Of a stretch of DNA of 64,000 nucleotides, positions 1 through 12,278 are shown piece after piece; within the stretch, counting starts at the first letter, position 1; each line of letters begins with the position of its first letter. The DNA comes from Salisapilia sapeloensis CBS 127946 (Eukaryota; Protista; Oomycota): NCBI GenBank assembly GCA_023334545.1, contig JAADVB010000066.1:1-64000 (forward strand), given 5' to 3'. The position numbers were made by a program, and so were the translations under genes. The notes under the pieces are model-generated. The model had not been told where the DNA came from and searched no databases. It saw only the letters and a program-made list of their open reading frames with translations.

Positions 1-302
1 AGACAGTCTGATATTGATTTGTGGGTATAGTCAGTGAAAGCTAGCTTGAGGCTAGATTTCCTTGATGGTGCGAGCGATCCGCTCGCGATGGTAACCGATG
101 AACTTTCGATCATCGCAATATCTGTCTTGCTAAGTAGTATTAAAACTCACGTTTTCTTTTGGATCCATTGATAAAAGCACAAAACTTTTTCTCGTTGGCC
201 GCGCATATCTAGTAAGACTCCACGGATGAAAGCTTTTATAACATTTTAACCCTGATCCTGTCCAAAATACTATGAAAGAAAACAGGACTAGATAAAAGTG
301 AT

Positions 303-375
303 CGCCCACCGTGGGGCTCGAACCCACGACCACAAGATTAAGAGTCTTGCGCTCTACCGACTGAGCTAGACGGGC
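303..375 (-). tRNA. tRNA-Lys (anticodon CTT)
   Basis: Reverse complement reads GCCCGTCTAGCTCAGTCGGTAGAGCGCAAGACT-CTT-AATCTTGTGGTCGTGGGTTCGAGCCCCACGGTGGGCG: 73 nt, canonical cloverleaf, A and B boxes, no intron. A T4 run (Pol III terminator) follows at ~295-298. Confidence 0.97.
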
Positions 376-1669
376 TGTGTTAACTGAATGACATGTTACA
401 TATAAAAATAGACAAAAGTATTTACTAATTTTCATTTTGTTGGGTAGAGTGTGATTGAAAGTGGTTAAGTAAAGATTTCAAGTAGGATGGTTGTGATGTC
501 CTTCCAGTCATTGTGGTCTACATCATACGAGAATTGGTATTTTGTAGTTAAGAAGACTATCGTACGCCCAGCGCCGCGCACAGCACCGGCACCGATTATA
601 TGACGACAAAAGCTATTCTACGATAGCATCCCTTTGCTATATCAATACATCGTATATTCATGTCGAAAAGACTTGCTCTAGTGCTTAACGTAAGACTGCG
701 CATCGGCAAATGTAGAAACTTCCGTTTTGAATTATATAATTGATAGGGCATTTTACTTTCTTCTAGCCTAATTTCGATATCGAATTTACTTTTACTTGCT
801 GCTTCTTGCCGCTTCAACCTACATAATACCTCCGCTGACAGCAACCAGTCGCTGGACTTGATAACGTTCTAATACCTTTAGCCTGCATAAAGTCGATCTA
901 GTATGTTTCATAGATGGCAAGATCGAATCCGCTTCCACTTGTAGTGTCACCTTCCCTATTAAAACTTGGTGCACAACACTTGAATGAAAGGAAGCTAGCA
1001 AACACCTACATCGTTAAGATGAGCAGCACAAGGCAATGCACGTCAATGCTCGCTTTAAGAGAACATTACCCTTTTGGCTGCACGAGTCGGTACAAGAGAT
1101 CTCATTTGACAAAGTAATTTGTTTATGACTCGTTTGATAACAATTTGCTCACGAAGATAGTGAACGCTTGATCTATATGCGTGAGCGCGGAAGGATGCGT
1201 TCAACGAGAATGTTCTGATCTGTCTGAACACCTTCCCACGGACACTACATCGAGACAAAACTGTCTTTTGATGCCCTGTACCTTCAAGCTGGGAAGATCA
1301 GTACGTCCCTTGTACTCGACGAGCACTTGTTCACGTTGACACTTTGTATCTGAACATGTGTGTACTTCCCATGCAAATGAAAAATTGCTGGAACAAGTTC
1401 GCACGCAGACTGTCTCGATGTTGGATAACGCGTGTGGAATAGAACCATCTGAGCATCGAGATGGGTGCACAAGGAAGAAGAAGAAGGATGAGGTAGAATG
1501 TGCAAATGAAAGTTTTATTCTCGAAAACAAGTCACTACTCGTACAAGCATCATCATCTTTCCTTGTATCCAGAACAGTATCGCCTAACTATGATATCTGG
1601 AACCATTATCGCGATCAGTGTTACAGCTGAATGCTTGCATATCGAAGGGACGTCGTATGATTAACAGAC

Positions 1670-2250
1670 TGAAGTCTATGCCACTCCAGCAATCGTCGAA
1701 ATTGCTTCCATAGATCATGTACAGCGTGTGCCGCGACTCGTTCTAACTCGCTCAAAAGATATCTATTCACGAATTGATCCTTTTACGACTCATTGAGGTT
1801 TTTCGAGTGCGCATATTTGGGTTGAAACCCAGATTACGATGCTGGGTACACTTGCGAATGGTCACCTGTCGATGATAAGATACTACCTGCGACATGGCAT
1901 TAACGTAGCGAGCAGGCACTGCGCCTCGCTCCTGGACAAGCATACTTTGCTCAAGGGCGCTTTTCCTCTCGCTTGAGATCTTACACCCACGCCGATCAGT
2001 CCTGCCTCGTGCAATCGAAGCTGCGCAGTATAAAACAGCCATGAACTTGATGGAGGGAGATGAAGCGGATGTGAGGCATCACATCAACTTGCAAAGCGTG
2101 GTACAAAGTCGTCTTGTACCGTTGTGCACACAGAAGCATGCTATAGAGCTCCTGGTGCCTCATATGAAAGGACTCTTCCACAAGCATCCATTGCGACATT
2201 TGATGTTCTTGTGCTGGAAACCGAAGAATCTTTGCATGCACATATGATCC
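1670..2250 (+). pseudogene. Decayed ankyrin-repeat gene remnant
   Basis: Ankyrin-like fragments occur in different frames, separated by stops and frameshifts: 'TPAIVEIASIDHVQRVPRLVLTRSKDIYSR' (~1680-1770), 'LGTLANGHLSMIRYYLRHGINV' (~1840-1910) and 'LPRAIEAAQYKTAMNLMEGDEADVRH' (~2000-2075). No intact ORF. Confidence 0.5.
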
Positions 2251-2843
2251 GCTCGCTATATCACTAGTCAAAAAAGATGCCTATCGATGCGCATTGGAAA
2301 AACTCTTCCGTCTATATCTGTTACACTCTCTGCAGTGGACATGCATTCGAGTCTAACATCGCTGCTTGTCAAGCCTAACTATCAAGCTACACGTCAACAA
2401 GAGTAGCCGACTTGAGTCGTTGAAGCTCAGAAGTGTCCAACGTTTCTACCCCGTCAAGAGAAAGCGAGATCTATTTCATACAGCGCGAGCATTGCACTTG
2501 CTGATAAGGGCTTCGTCCTCCCCTACAAAACCTGTTCCTGCATCTAATCGTGCTCCTTTCTGTGGTTTTGGCTTCCGCCGTTACTCTCGTATGGAAACAC
2601 CAACACAAAGGCAAAGGCAGGGTTCAGCAATTACTCACTTTCCTCGAGTGTCATTCGTGACATGCTCCTCTTCCCTGTACCTGTGACTTCGCCTGTCAGC
2701 TGATCCGATACTCAACCAGAGTCAAAAGGAAAAAAAACCTCAATTCAACGATGGTTGGCCTCGAAATGCAAATCACTTCATCTTTTTCCATCGAAGAGAG
2801 ACACACCCAGTCGACCGACGCGTTCCGGACGAATTAAAGAACC

Positions 2844-3947
2844 ATGAAGCTCTCTACTATGCTCACCTTTGGTGTCGGTGCCCTCGCCCTCGCACTGCCT
2901 GTGGATGCCAGATCCGCTCGACGCGAGCCGGGATACTGTAAGAACACCAAAGACTGCACGGAGGAATCGCCAGACTACACGTGCGTCTCCGTCCAGACCA
3001 CACGCGCCGGCGTGGAAGACGTCAAGCAGTGCTTGCCGTCCAAGACGCCGGGTGACATCTGCTCTGGTCAGCAGCCGGGCCTCTGCCCTATGTTCTCCAC
3101 TTGGAAGAGCGAGTACAAGTCCATTAGCAGCGTTTGCGCGTTCATTATCCCGGACGCAGACTGCATCCCTGAGGGTGAGACTGGCGATTCATCCAAGAAA
3201 AACCAGGTCGCTTGCCTTAACGTCACGGAGTCCTCTTCGGACTCTGGTTCGGACGACCCCGAGAAGATCGGTGTCATCTACGGATGCGTCGACTTTGACG
3301 GCCAAACGCTGCTTTACGAGAAGGACTCGGACAACATGGACCTCGTGAAGAAGTTCAACTACACTGCTATTATCAAGGACAACTGTGTGAACCCGGACAA
3401 CGAAGATGGCAGTGACATCGTTTGCTCTGGCCGCGGTACGTGTGCCCCGCAGACTGCTGGCCAGATGAACTACGAGTGCGATTGCAACGTCGGCTACAAC
3501 GGCACGTACTGCGAAGGCATCGAGTCGAACAAGTGCACGACCAAGGTGCAGTGCCAAGCTGGTGTGTGCAACCTCAAGACGCAGGAGTGTGAATGCCCCA
3601 AGGGCACCACCGGTGACCAGTGCGCCGAGTGCGACCCCGAATATAAGGACGCTTGCAACGGCCACGGAACGTGCAAGAAGGGAAACCCGGCTGTCGGCAT
3701 GGGCAATGGCAGTGGCAGCACTAGTGGCAGCACGATCAAGGCTCCTGCCGAGGTTGGTGACTCGGACAAGAACATGTGCGAGTGTGAAGAAGGGTACGCT
3801 GGTGCCCAATGTGACCGCAAGGTGAAGAAGCCGAAGAGCTCGAGTGACGGGGATGCCGACGAGGGCTCCGGTTCTGACGGTGCTGCCACCGTCCTCGCAT
3901 CGTCCTTTGCTGCTGTGCTCTCGGCTGCTGCGCTTATCATGGCTTAA
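2844..3947 (+). CDS. Secreted Cys-rich EGF-like domain protein, probably GPI-anchored (367 aa)
   Basis: Signal peptide MKLSTMLTFGVGALALALPVDA; EGF-like units (CSGRGTC...YECDCNVGYNGTYC, CECEEGYAGAQC); Ser/Gly linker followed by a hydrophobic C-terminal tail typical of a GPI signal. Confidence 0.85.
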   Translation: MKLSTMLTFGVGALALALPVDARSARREPGYCKNTKDCTEESPDYTCVSVQTTRAGVEDVKQCLPSKTPGDICSGQQPGLCPMFSTWKSEYKSISSVCAFIIPDADCIPEGETGDSSKKNQVACLNVTESSSDSGSDDPEKIGVIYGCVDFDGQTLLYEKDSDNMDLVKKFNYTAIIKDNCVNPDNEDGSDIVCSGRGTCAPQTAGQMNYECDCNVGYNGTYCEGIESNKCTTKVQCQAGVCNLKTQECECPKGTTGDQCAECDPEYKDACNGHGTCKKGNPAVGMGNGSGSTSGSTIKAPAEVGDSDKNMCECEEGYAGAQCDRKVKKPKSSSDGDADEGSGSDGAATVLASSFAAVLSAAALIMA

Positions 3948-4014
3948 ATCTGCATGAATTGATTTTGAAGAGGATGGTTGACATGATAACCTAAATGCAG
4001 CTATTTTCGTTTTT

Positions 4015-5193
4015 TTACTCTTGCACGTACTTGTACGTATCATCATGATACACTGGATCTCCTTTCGCATCATAGTGCGAGGTCTGGTAGCACCTAGGAC
4101 AGTAGAGCATCGGCTCTGCTGTTGCCAATGGATCGTTATACGTGACGTACTTAGCTGTAAAGTGATTGCAAATGTAGCACAATCGGAGCTTGGATGGTTC
4201 CATCGGGAGCAAGAGTGGGAAGTCTTGCTTTCGTCCTGAATCATGCTCGTGCGGTAGACGAACGTTATGTAGTCGAACGACGTGCTCACATTCACCCAAG
4301 TGGATGAAGACGCCTGGCATGTCTGCTTGCAGTCCTAGGTCTTGGAACGACGTTCGTTCCATTCGCTTCGCTTCGTCCTCGCCGCCAAAGACACGTCGAT
4401 GTGGCTTGGCTTTAATCCATTCCTGGACCGCAGGTGCATAGTCCAGTCGAGCAGGTGGCCTCTTATCCGTGTAGAAGTGACCATCCCAAAAGAATAAACT
4501 CGACTCTTTCTTTACATGCTGTAGACGTTCTTCATTAGCACAAGCGATACGATCGAAAAGTTCATGCAAATGCTGAGAATTTCGGACAATGAAATGCTGG
4601 GACTTGGACGGCTCTTTCGATGGATGGAGCACCTCGAAATGTAGTAGCAAATCGCGTTGGAAAGAGGAGGCATTGTCATTGAACATCGGGTGCTTGCGAG
4701 CAAATGAAAAGCTTCGGAAAGTCGATGTGGATGCGACGGAGCGTTTCATCGATTGCGTGCGCAAATCTGGTGGGTGGTCCTGTACTACCTTGGCTACTCG
4801 TTCCGTAGGTCTCGTCGCCTTTCGGACGTCACAGATTGGCCGCAAGTGCTGGAAGACTTGCGCGATTTTGATCTGCTGTTGCTTGTCATGCCTCCGCTCG
4901 ACTTTCGAGCGCTTGCTGCGCCGAGCGACGGCGGCAGAGTGAACGTTCGGGTGGTCTGCATACAACGTCTCTTGTGCAATGCCTCGATAGAAATCCAGTC
5001 GATCCATGTAGACCCGATCGGCCTCCTCGTCGGCGGATGAGATGGCATTCCAAGCATGCAACGCCTGTTTCACATCTGCATCTACAGCTTGCTCTGGCGT
5101 AGGCACTTGTAGATCGTTTGTGCTAATGTCTACATCGTCACAAGAAACTTCCGTCGGCACAAGCGTTGCAAAAGCAGCGCTCAAGCCACTCAT
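4015..5193 (-). CDS. SNAPC3: snRNA-activating protein complex subunit 3 (SNAP50)
   Basis: C-terminal zf-SNAP50 pattern: 'FIHLGECEH', 'CYICNHFTAKYVT..DPLA', 'YCPRCY..SHYD'; intronless 392 aa. Confidence 0.85.
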   Translation of the reverse strand: MSGLSAAFATLVPTEVSCDDVDISTNDLQVPTPEQAVDADVKQALHAWNAISSADEEADRVYMDRLDFYRGIAQETLYADHPNVHSAAVARRSKRSKVERRHDKQQQIKIAQVFQHLRPICDVRKATRPTERVAKVVQDHPPDLRTQSMKRSVASTSTFRSFSFARKHPMFNDNASSFQRDLLLHFEVLHPSKEPSKSQHFIVRNSQHLHELFDRIACANEERLQHVKKESSLFFWDGHFYTDKRPPARLDYAPAVQEWIKAKPHRRVFGGEDEAKRMERTSFQDLGLQADMPGVFIHLGECEHVVRLHNVRLPHEHDSGRKQDFPLLLPMEPSKLRLCYICNHFTAKYVTYNDPLATAEPMLYCPRCYQTSHYDAKGDPVYHDDTYKYVQE

Positions 5194-5381
5194 CTCGGCC
5201 TAATGTTGCCTGTGATGTGTGAGGTTGCTGCATGCGCAATCTGACCAACTTCAGCCCAAACCACTATCATATGACTGGTCTGCACGAATTTGTTTCAATA
5301 GAAAAGTATATGATTGGATCGTTTAAATAAAAGGACGCCACCCTTGCGCGTCACGTCTCAGAGCCGTATCTGTCCTCAGCT

Positions 5382-5399
5382 TCATTTCACGATTTTGCG
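5382..5399 (+). promoter_or_regulatory. Oomycete INR+FPR core promoter (malic enzyme)
   Basis: TCATTTCACGATTTTGCG lies ~50 nt upstream of ATG 5435. Confidence 0.55.
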
Positions 5400-5434
5400 T
5401 GTCTAAACCACTCGACGACCTTTTTCCTCCTACG

Positions 5435-7278
5435 ATGGTACTTGCTCTCGTTTTATTTTCTCTGATTTGTACCTAACTTGTATGGAAAGTCTCAAGAAAG
5501 TCAGAACGTCTCTGGATACTGGGCAATCCGCCGTCCAAATGTCAACAAGGTATGTACCTGATTTCAGATATATATGGCACGTGTGACCAACGATACAATG
5601 CAGGGGCTCGCCTTTTCCGAGGAAGAGCGTCAGAAACTTGGTCTCCGTGGTCTCGTCCCGGACGCCGTGACGTCCATCGAGTTGGAAGCCGAGCGTGCGC
5701 TCATCCAGCTTCGTCAAAAGTCCTCTCCACTGGAAAAGTACCTCTTCCTCCAATCCATGCAGGTACTTAATCCGTCTCCAGTCGATCTCTCTCCTTATTT
5801 AACCTCTCATCTAGGACACGAACGAAGATGTGTACTACCGTATGCTCATCGACCACACGCACGAGCTCATGCCGCTCGTTTATACCCCGACGGTCGGCGA
5901 GGCGTGCCAAAAGTTCAGCCACATCTTCCGTCAAACGCCTCGTGGCCTGTACGTGTCCATCAAGGACAAGGGTCACATTGAAGAGATCCTAGACGCTTGG
6001 CCAGAGAAGGACATTCGCGCTATTGTCTTCACGGACGGTGAGCGTATCCTCGGTCTCGGTGACCTCGGTGTCAACGGTCTCGGTATTCCCATCGGTAAGC
6101 TCGCGCTTTACACTGCTTGTGCCGGTGTCCCGCCATCCATGTGTCTCCCTGTCGTCCTCGACGTCGGTACGAACAACCAGGGGAACTTGGACGACAAGTT
6201 CTACATGGGTCTTCGTCAGAAGCGTGTGCGTGGTCAAGAGTTTGAGGATCTCGTGGACGAATTCATGAACGCCGCTCGTAACAAGTACGGCCAGAACGTC
6301 CTGCTCCAGTTCGAGGACTTTGGTAATTCGACGGCTTTCCACCTCCTACGCAAGTATGAGGACACCCACGCCTGCTTTAATGATGACATCCAAGGCACTG
6401 CTTCTGTCGTCGTTGGCGGTCTCTTGGCGTCCTCCCCCTTGACTGGCAAGTCCATGGCCGACCACACGTTCCTCTTCCTTGGCGCAGGTGAAGCCGGTAC
6501 CGGTATTGCCGACCTCATCGCACGCTCCGTCGCGAAGGAGACGGGCAAGTCGTTGGAAGAAGCTCGTAAGCGCATCTTCCTCGTCGACTCTCGTGGTCTC
6601 GTCGTGAACTCCCGTAAGGAGAGTCTGCAGCACCACAAGCTCTTGTACGCACACGACGCTCCGTCCTGTCCGGACTTGATGACGTCCATTGAGCAAGTAA
6701 AGCCGACTGCTCTCATCGGTGTCTGCACGATCCCCAAGACGTTCAACAAGGAAGTGTGTGAGAAGATGTGTGAGCTTAACGAGAACCCGATCATCTTCGC
6801 TTTAAGTAACCCGACGTCGCAAGCCGAGTGCACCGCCGAAGAGGCATACAAGTTCACTAATGGCAAGTGTGTCTTCGCTTCCGGCAGTCCATTCGACCCG
6901 GTCGAGTTTAATGGAAAGAAGTATGTGCCTGGCCAAGGCAACAACTCTTACATCTTCCCTGGTGTCGGCCTCGCCTGCGTTGCCGTCGGCTTGACCCACG
7001 TCGGTGACGAGATCATGCTCATCGCTGCCGAGGCATTGGCAAGCATCGTGACCCAGAAGGACCTGGACACTGGATGCGTCTACCCTCCTCTCTCGGATAT
7101 CCGTAACGTCTCCCTCGACATTGCCGTCAAGGTCGCGGAATACGTACGTATCTCCTTGTTCTCTTGTTTCTATATGATACTTATAAGTGTACTCTAGGGC
7201 TATGAACGTGGATATGCGACGGTGGAACGCCCGTCAGACCTCCGAAAGTACTTGAGTGACTTCATGTACAACCCATAA
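5435..7278 (+). CDS. NAD(P)-dependent malic enzyme; introns 5438-5489, 5550-5603, 5763-5814 and ~7144-7198
   Basis: Spliced N-terminus MSQESQNVSGYWAIRRPNVNK|GLAFSEEERQKLGLRGL; motifs VYTPTVGEAC, TDGERILGLGDLG, QFEDF, FNDDIQGT, FLGAGEAG, LSNPT, GQGNNSYIFPG. Confidence 0.95.
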
Positions 7279-7316
7279 GACGAATGCAAATCAATTTCCG
7301 TTCTCGGTTTTTCATC

Positions 7317-8661
7317 TTAATCCAACAGGTTGGATAGAAACTCTTTGTCTTGATCTGAAATCCATTTTGGAAATTGAATATGATGTTGGATGTGAAGGAC
7401 ACCTCGCTCAGACGGAACGCTGTGCTTTGGCATGCCTTCGTCCATGATCTGTCGCACTTCAAACGGACCGGTGATGTCCTCTCGACTGAGCGTAATGTAT
7501 CGATCGTCTAGATGACGCATCTTCTTCTGATACCCGAGCAACGCTTCCTCCAGCGATATGTTGATCTCGTAGTGTAAATCATCTCCAGAACGTCTACTAG
7601 CACATTAGAGATGGACTAGATAAGAGATGGAAGACACATACCGGAAGCGAGAATGAGGTGTCTGGTGGATACGGATGATGATGTCTCCTGGAATCATCCC
7701 TGGCTCTTGGTTACTCTCCCTCTCAAAGACAATGGCATGAGACGATGGCATCCCACGCTCAATATCCACAGTCAACGTCTTTTCCTCTCGAGTGACTTTG
7801 GAGCCACCACAGAATGGACACTTGTGCGCAAACGTCTTGCCTTTGCCGCCACACTTTGGACATGGTTGTTGCATCTGGACGTTAAATCCTGGTCCCATGC
7901 GCTGCTGGACGAGGACGACACCACTGCCACCACATTTCTTACACTTGGATGTCTACATGCACTTATATGAATTGGAGTGGACGTGTAAACTAGTCGGAGG
8001 AACGTACTTTGCCATCCTTGGCGCCAGTGCCTCGACATTTACGACAAATAACGTTCCGAGCGAAACGGAATTCCTTCTGAGCTCCATTATACAGCTCTTC
8101 TAACGTCACAGGCATGTCGACAGATCCGTCTGGACCTCGAGGTTTGCCTCCACCGCCACCAAAGAAGGCTGCAAAGGGGTCGGACGGTTGACCGCCACCT
8201 CGTTCCTCTCGTTCCAGACCTTCGAACCCTTCCAAGTCATACACTTGGCGTTGCTGCGGATCTGACAGGACTTCATACGCATAGGAAATTTCGTGAAATT
8301 TGGTATGAGCATCCTCATCCCCTGGATTCTTGTCTAATGCACAGACTTTAGATGATAAAGCTCTAGAGGATGATCTATATGGCATATACCTGGATGATAC
8401 TTGAGACTGAGCTTCCGATATGCACGCTTGATCTCACTCTCAGTAGCCTCCATTGTCAACCCCAACGCTATGAAGCATAAGTACGACATGCTCACTAAAA
8501 TCAAATCAAATAGCCATACTTTCATACAGATCCTGGTGCTCATGCTCGTGCTCGTGCTCATGCACTTGATTATCTCCAAAGCCACCAAAGCCAAAGTTGA
8601 AAGCAAAGGCTGGGACAATGCTTGCCACCAAGACACAGAGGAAAAGACCCAGGACACGCAT
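7317..8661 (-). CDS. ER-lumenal type-I Hsp40/DnaJ (Scj1/ERdj3-like), multi-exon
   Basis: Signal peptide MRVLGLFLCVLVASIVPAFA; J-domain with HPD split by an intron (KYHP|DKNPG); G/F region; four CxxCxGx repeats (CRKCRGTG, CKKCGGSG, CPKCGGKG, CPFCGGSK); DnaJ C-terminal domain. Confidence 0.9.
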
Positions 8662-8838
8662 GTGATCGATCGAGTGCGAAAATGTGGCGATCCGAGGTCC
8701 GAGAGGTGTCCGACCGGTACGATTCTGGTACACGATTCACTTTGATTTCCATCATCGTCAGATGGGTTCATAATACGATTTCACACTTTCTTCGTAATGG
8801 TCGGACGACGCGATAGCAGTTTGTCCATTCGTGGGCCC

Positions 8839-10203
8839 ATGGCGAAGCCACGCAATGACTCGATCCTTTATGTCTCTGTCCTCAGTGCTAGGGAGCTGAA
8901 GAAGACCCAAGTCCTTGGAGAACAGGACCCGTACACTGGTCTATACTTGTGCACGGCTGGGAATGAGCTGCCCGATCCATCATTCAAGACGTCCACTATT
9001 GACAATGGAGGTAGATTTTCGTGTCTTTTCACTGCTCCAAATCGGTCGATAATGTATGCTTATCACTAGGTACGCACCCGCGATGGAATGAAAAAGGTAC
9101 TATCCTCGTCCCGGACGTCACTGCTGGTGTTCTCAAAATGAAAGTCATGAACGAAAACTGGGTCGGAAGGTACTCTCCATTATCCCATTATCCATACATG
9201 CATCTACTAACATGTATTTGATATACTAGCAACGTCATTGGCGAAGCTGCCATTGCCCTTAAAGACTTGTCTCGAGGACGGTCCATGAAAAAGGAATTTG
9301 CGCTGACTCCTCAAGGCTTTCTATCCCTCCAGCTCTACTTGTCCATCGGTCACGGTACGTCTCGATCACCACTAATAATGCAAACATGTCCTGATGCTCT
9401 ATTGAATAGAAAATCCAAGTGCTATGGGAGAGAATCGGATTGCTGAAGGAGAGTATCCACAGCATTTCATCGCCGGCCGGTCGAAATTATATGTTGGCTT
9501 GATCGGTGGCGACAAACTGCGAGACGTCCAGTCATTCGGAACTCAAGATCCATTTTGTAAAGTATTTCTAAGCAAAGGTCCAAAGCCGAGTTCCGAGGAC
9601 TTGGTCTATCGTGGCAAGACGCATGATAATGGTGGAAAGCATCCGAACTGGACGGAAGGTGTCGCCATTCCAGTTCGTTGTATTGAACATGACTACTTGA
9701 CTGTCCGAGTAAAGAACGACAATACGTTCCAAAAGTACAATGCATGCACTGCTGTATTTGCAGGAGAATACTAATCGTCTTTGTGTAGCAAATTGATCGG
9801 CGAAATGTGTGTGAAAGTGGAAGCTTTGGTCGGATTGGGCTTTGAAGATAAGCAGTTCCCGGTGGAAGCCGAAGGGACGATCGTCGGACAAATTCGACTG
9901 CAGCTAGCCTTGTTTAATGACGAGGTCTTGGAGGAAGAAGAAGCCCATGATGAGTCAGCCGATTTGGAAGGATGTACTTGTGCGACTGTGCCTCGTCATC
10001 GTGGTACTCATGTGGGCAATGTTCTCTTAGACGGTATAAGCCCAGACGGTATACACTACCTCGAGCCTGGCTCTGTCGTCACGACTGGATCTGAACTAGC
10101 TGGAGAATATGTCTTGCAAAAGGACTGCGTCGATAATGATGATGGGATTAGTTGGTCCGGAGCAAGTGGCTCAGAAGACGAATGGGAAGGGGATGAGTTC
10201 TAA
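8839..10203 (+). CDS. Tandem C2-domain protein, multi-exon (~4 introns)
   Basis: Two C2 patterns: 'LYVSVLSARELKKTQVLGEQDPY...KTSTIDNGG|THPRWNE' and 'LYVGLIGGDKLRDVQSFGTQDPFCKV...GKTHDNGGKHPNWTE'; acidic tail. Confidence 0.85.
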
Positions 10204-10234
10204 AGACTTTACAAAGACAACTTGTTTTTTCATT

Positions 10235-10636
10235 TTAAGTTGCGGTGGCCACTACTGGCTTCTCTTCTTCTTTCACTTCCTCTAGCATACTACGCTTAAC
10301 TCCTTCCGGTGGAGGCACAGACGTGGCTGCAGCTTGTAAAGCGACGAGCGTGTATCGCAAATGCTGCGTGATAATGATTTCGTGCTGTTGCGTCCGAAGA
10401 CGCAGCCACTCGACTTCATTTTCAGCTGGATCTGGCACCAGCTTTTGTATATGCTGCTTCGTACGTCGCATGAGCGACAGCACGTGGTATGCGTACATGA
10501 TCGCTTCCTGATATTCCAGGTGTTCATGCTTCACGACGATCCCATCGTTGTTCATTATAATGTAGGACTCAAAGCCCGGTCGGCTCTTTAGCAGTTTGAT
10601 GGTCTCCTCGACCTCGTTCGGTGCATTCGCTGCCAT
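10235..10636 (-). CDS. Dynein light chain, roadblock/LC7 type
   Basis: 'EVEETIKLLKSRPGFESYIIMNNDGIVVK...EVEWLRLRTQQHEIII' fits the Roadblock/LC7 fold; likely start MAANAP at 10636. Confidence 0.85.
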   Translation of the reverse strand: MAANAPNEVEETIKLLKSRPGFESYIIMNNDGIVVKHEHLEYQEAIMYAYHVLSLMRRTKQHIQKLVPDPAENEVEWLRLRTQQHEIIITQHLRYTLVALQAAATSVPPPEGVKRSMLEEVKEEEKPVVATAT

Positions 10637-10800
10637 TGTCCGTCTAAAGTCCTTGAATACGACCTTTCGGGATCTCGTTTGAAACGCCTTCAACAACACG
10701 ATATATTCTGATATATTCACTAATAAAATAGGACACGAAAAGAGTGTTGGAGACGAAACACGACAACAATGGGCAAGATGGAAAAATAAGTTTTGGTTGT

Positions 10801-11295
<495 letters not shown>

Positions 11296-11473
11296 CTAAG
11301 ATCCAGACAGCCACGTGGGTGCACACCATACTGGGCACAAGAGAAAATTCGATCCGACGCTTGGAACATGTCTCTCCTTCGAGCAACATTGCACAATTCC
11401 TTCGCGCAACGTGAAAGACTCGTCTCAGAATGTACAACATTACATGAAAACTACGGTTGTACGAGAAAACAAG

Positions 11474-12261
11474 ATGAAAATGACGGAACGGACTGTTCTA
11501 CTTGTCGGCCTCGGTGTGTCTCTCCCGCTTGCATCGAAGCTATTTATTGATGCGCATACTGCGGCGACAACTGTCTGCGGGTTGTACCCGAGCTTTTCTT
11601 TCTATGAAACGTTCCAGGAAGAACTCTGGCAGCACCACACTTGGCTGCCAGGCGCACGCGTGCATATCCCGACGATGATGTTATTGTCTTCAATTCTGAC
11701 AGCATTGCTGCTGATCTACTTCCACGTCCTGCAAACCATCTATCTAGGTCTGTCGGAGATTACGATAGGTCGTTATCTCCATGAACTACTCGTCATCCAA
11801 CTTCCTGCCTTGTACATCTCTCCTCCTATTTTCGTACCGCTTGCCGTCTAATTGTATGGAATAGCTTTACTGGAAACTATGGAGACGTACCAGAGTTAGT
11901 CTCTGATGGTGAAACGGATGATGATGTATCATGTGCTTCGTTCAACCAGACTTTACCAGAGAGTGGCAGTAACAATAACCATGAAGACAAGCAAGACTGT
12001 GCGGGAAGCGAGAAGCCGGTGGATAAAAAAGAGTGTGATGAGGCGATAGCCAAGCTAGTCCAAGTGAAACAACGTTTTGCACATACAGAGATCCGTCGTC
12101 CAGATGACTGGCTCGTCTTCGATCCCGCTCATGGTCTCGTGCTTCAGAAGCAGCAACAATCCACACCAAGCTCCATCTATACGAACGGATCTTCTCCAGT
12201 AGATATACACACAAGACAACGAACACGAGAGCGACCGTTGCCCACTGCGCTCCACACTTAA
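11474..12261 (+). CDS. Hypothetical membrane protein (about 2 TM segments), intron 11812-11864
   Basis: A 53-nt GT-AG intron with a CTAAT branch joins two ORFs in frame (…QLPAF|FTGNYGDVPEL…); hydrophobic segments; no family recognised. Confidence 0.6.
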
Positions 12262-12278
12262 TACGAAAAACTACTTTA

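Noticed and set aside
3189-4295. 368-aa minus-strand ORF overlapping the EGF-like gene
   Set aside because: Antisense shadow of a codon-biased gene; no domain; the sense ORF has a signal peptide, EGF motifs and a GPI tail.
5989-6999. Several minus-strand ORFs within the malic enzyme gene
   Set aside because: Antisense or alternate-frame by-products with no independent coding evidence.
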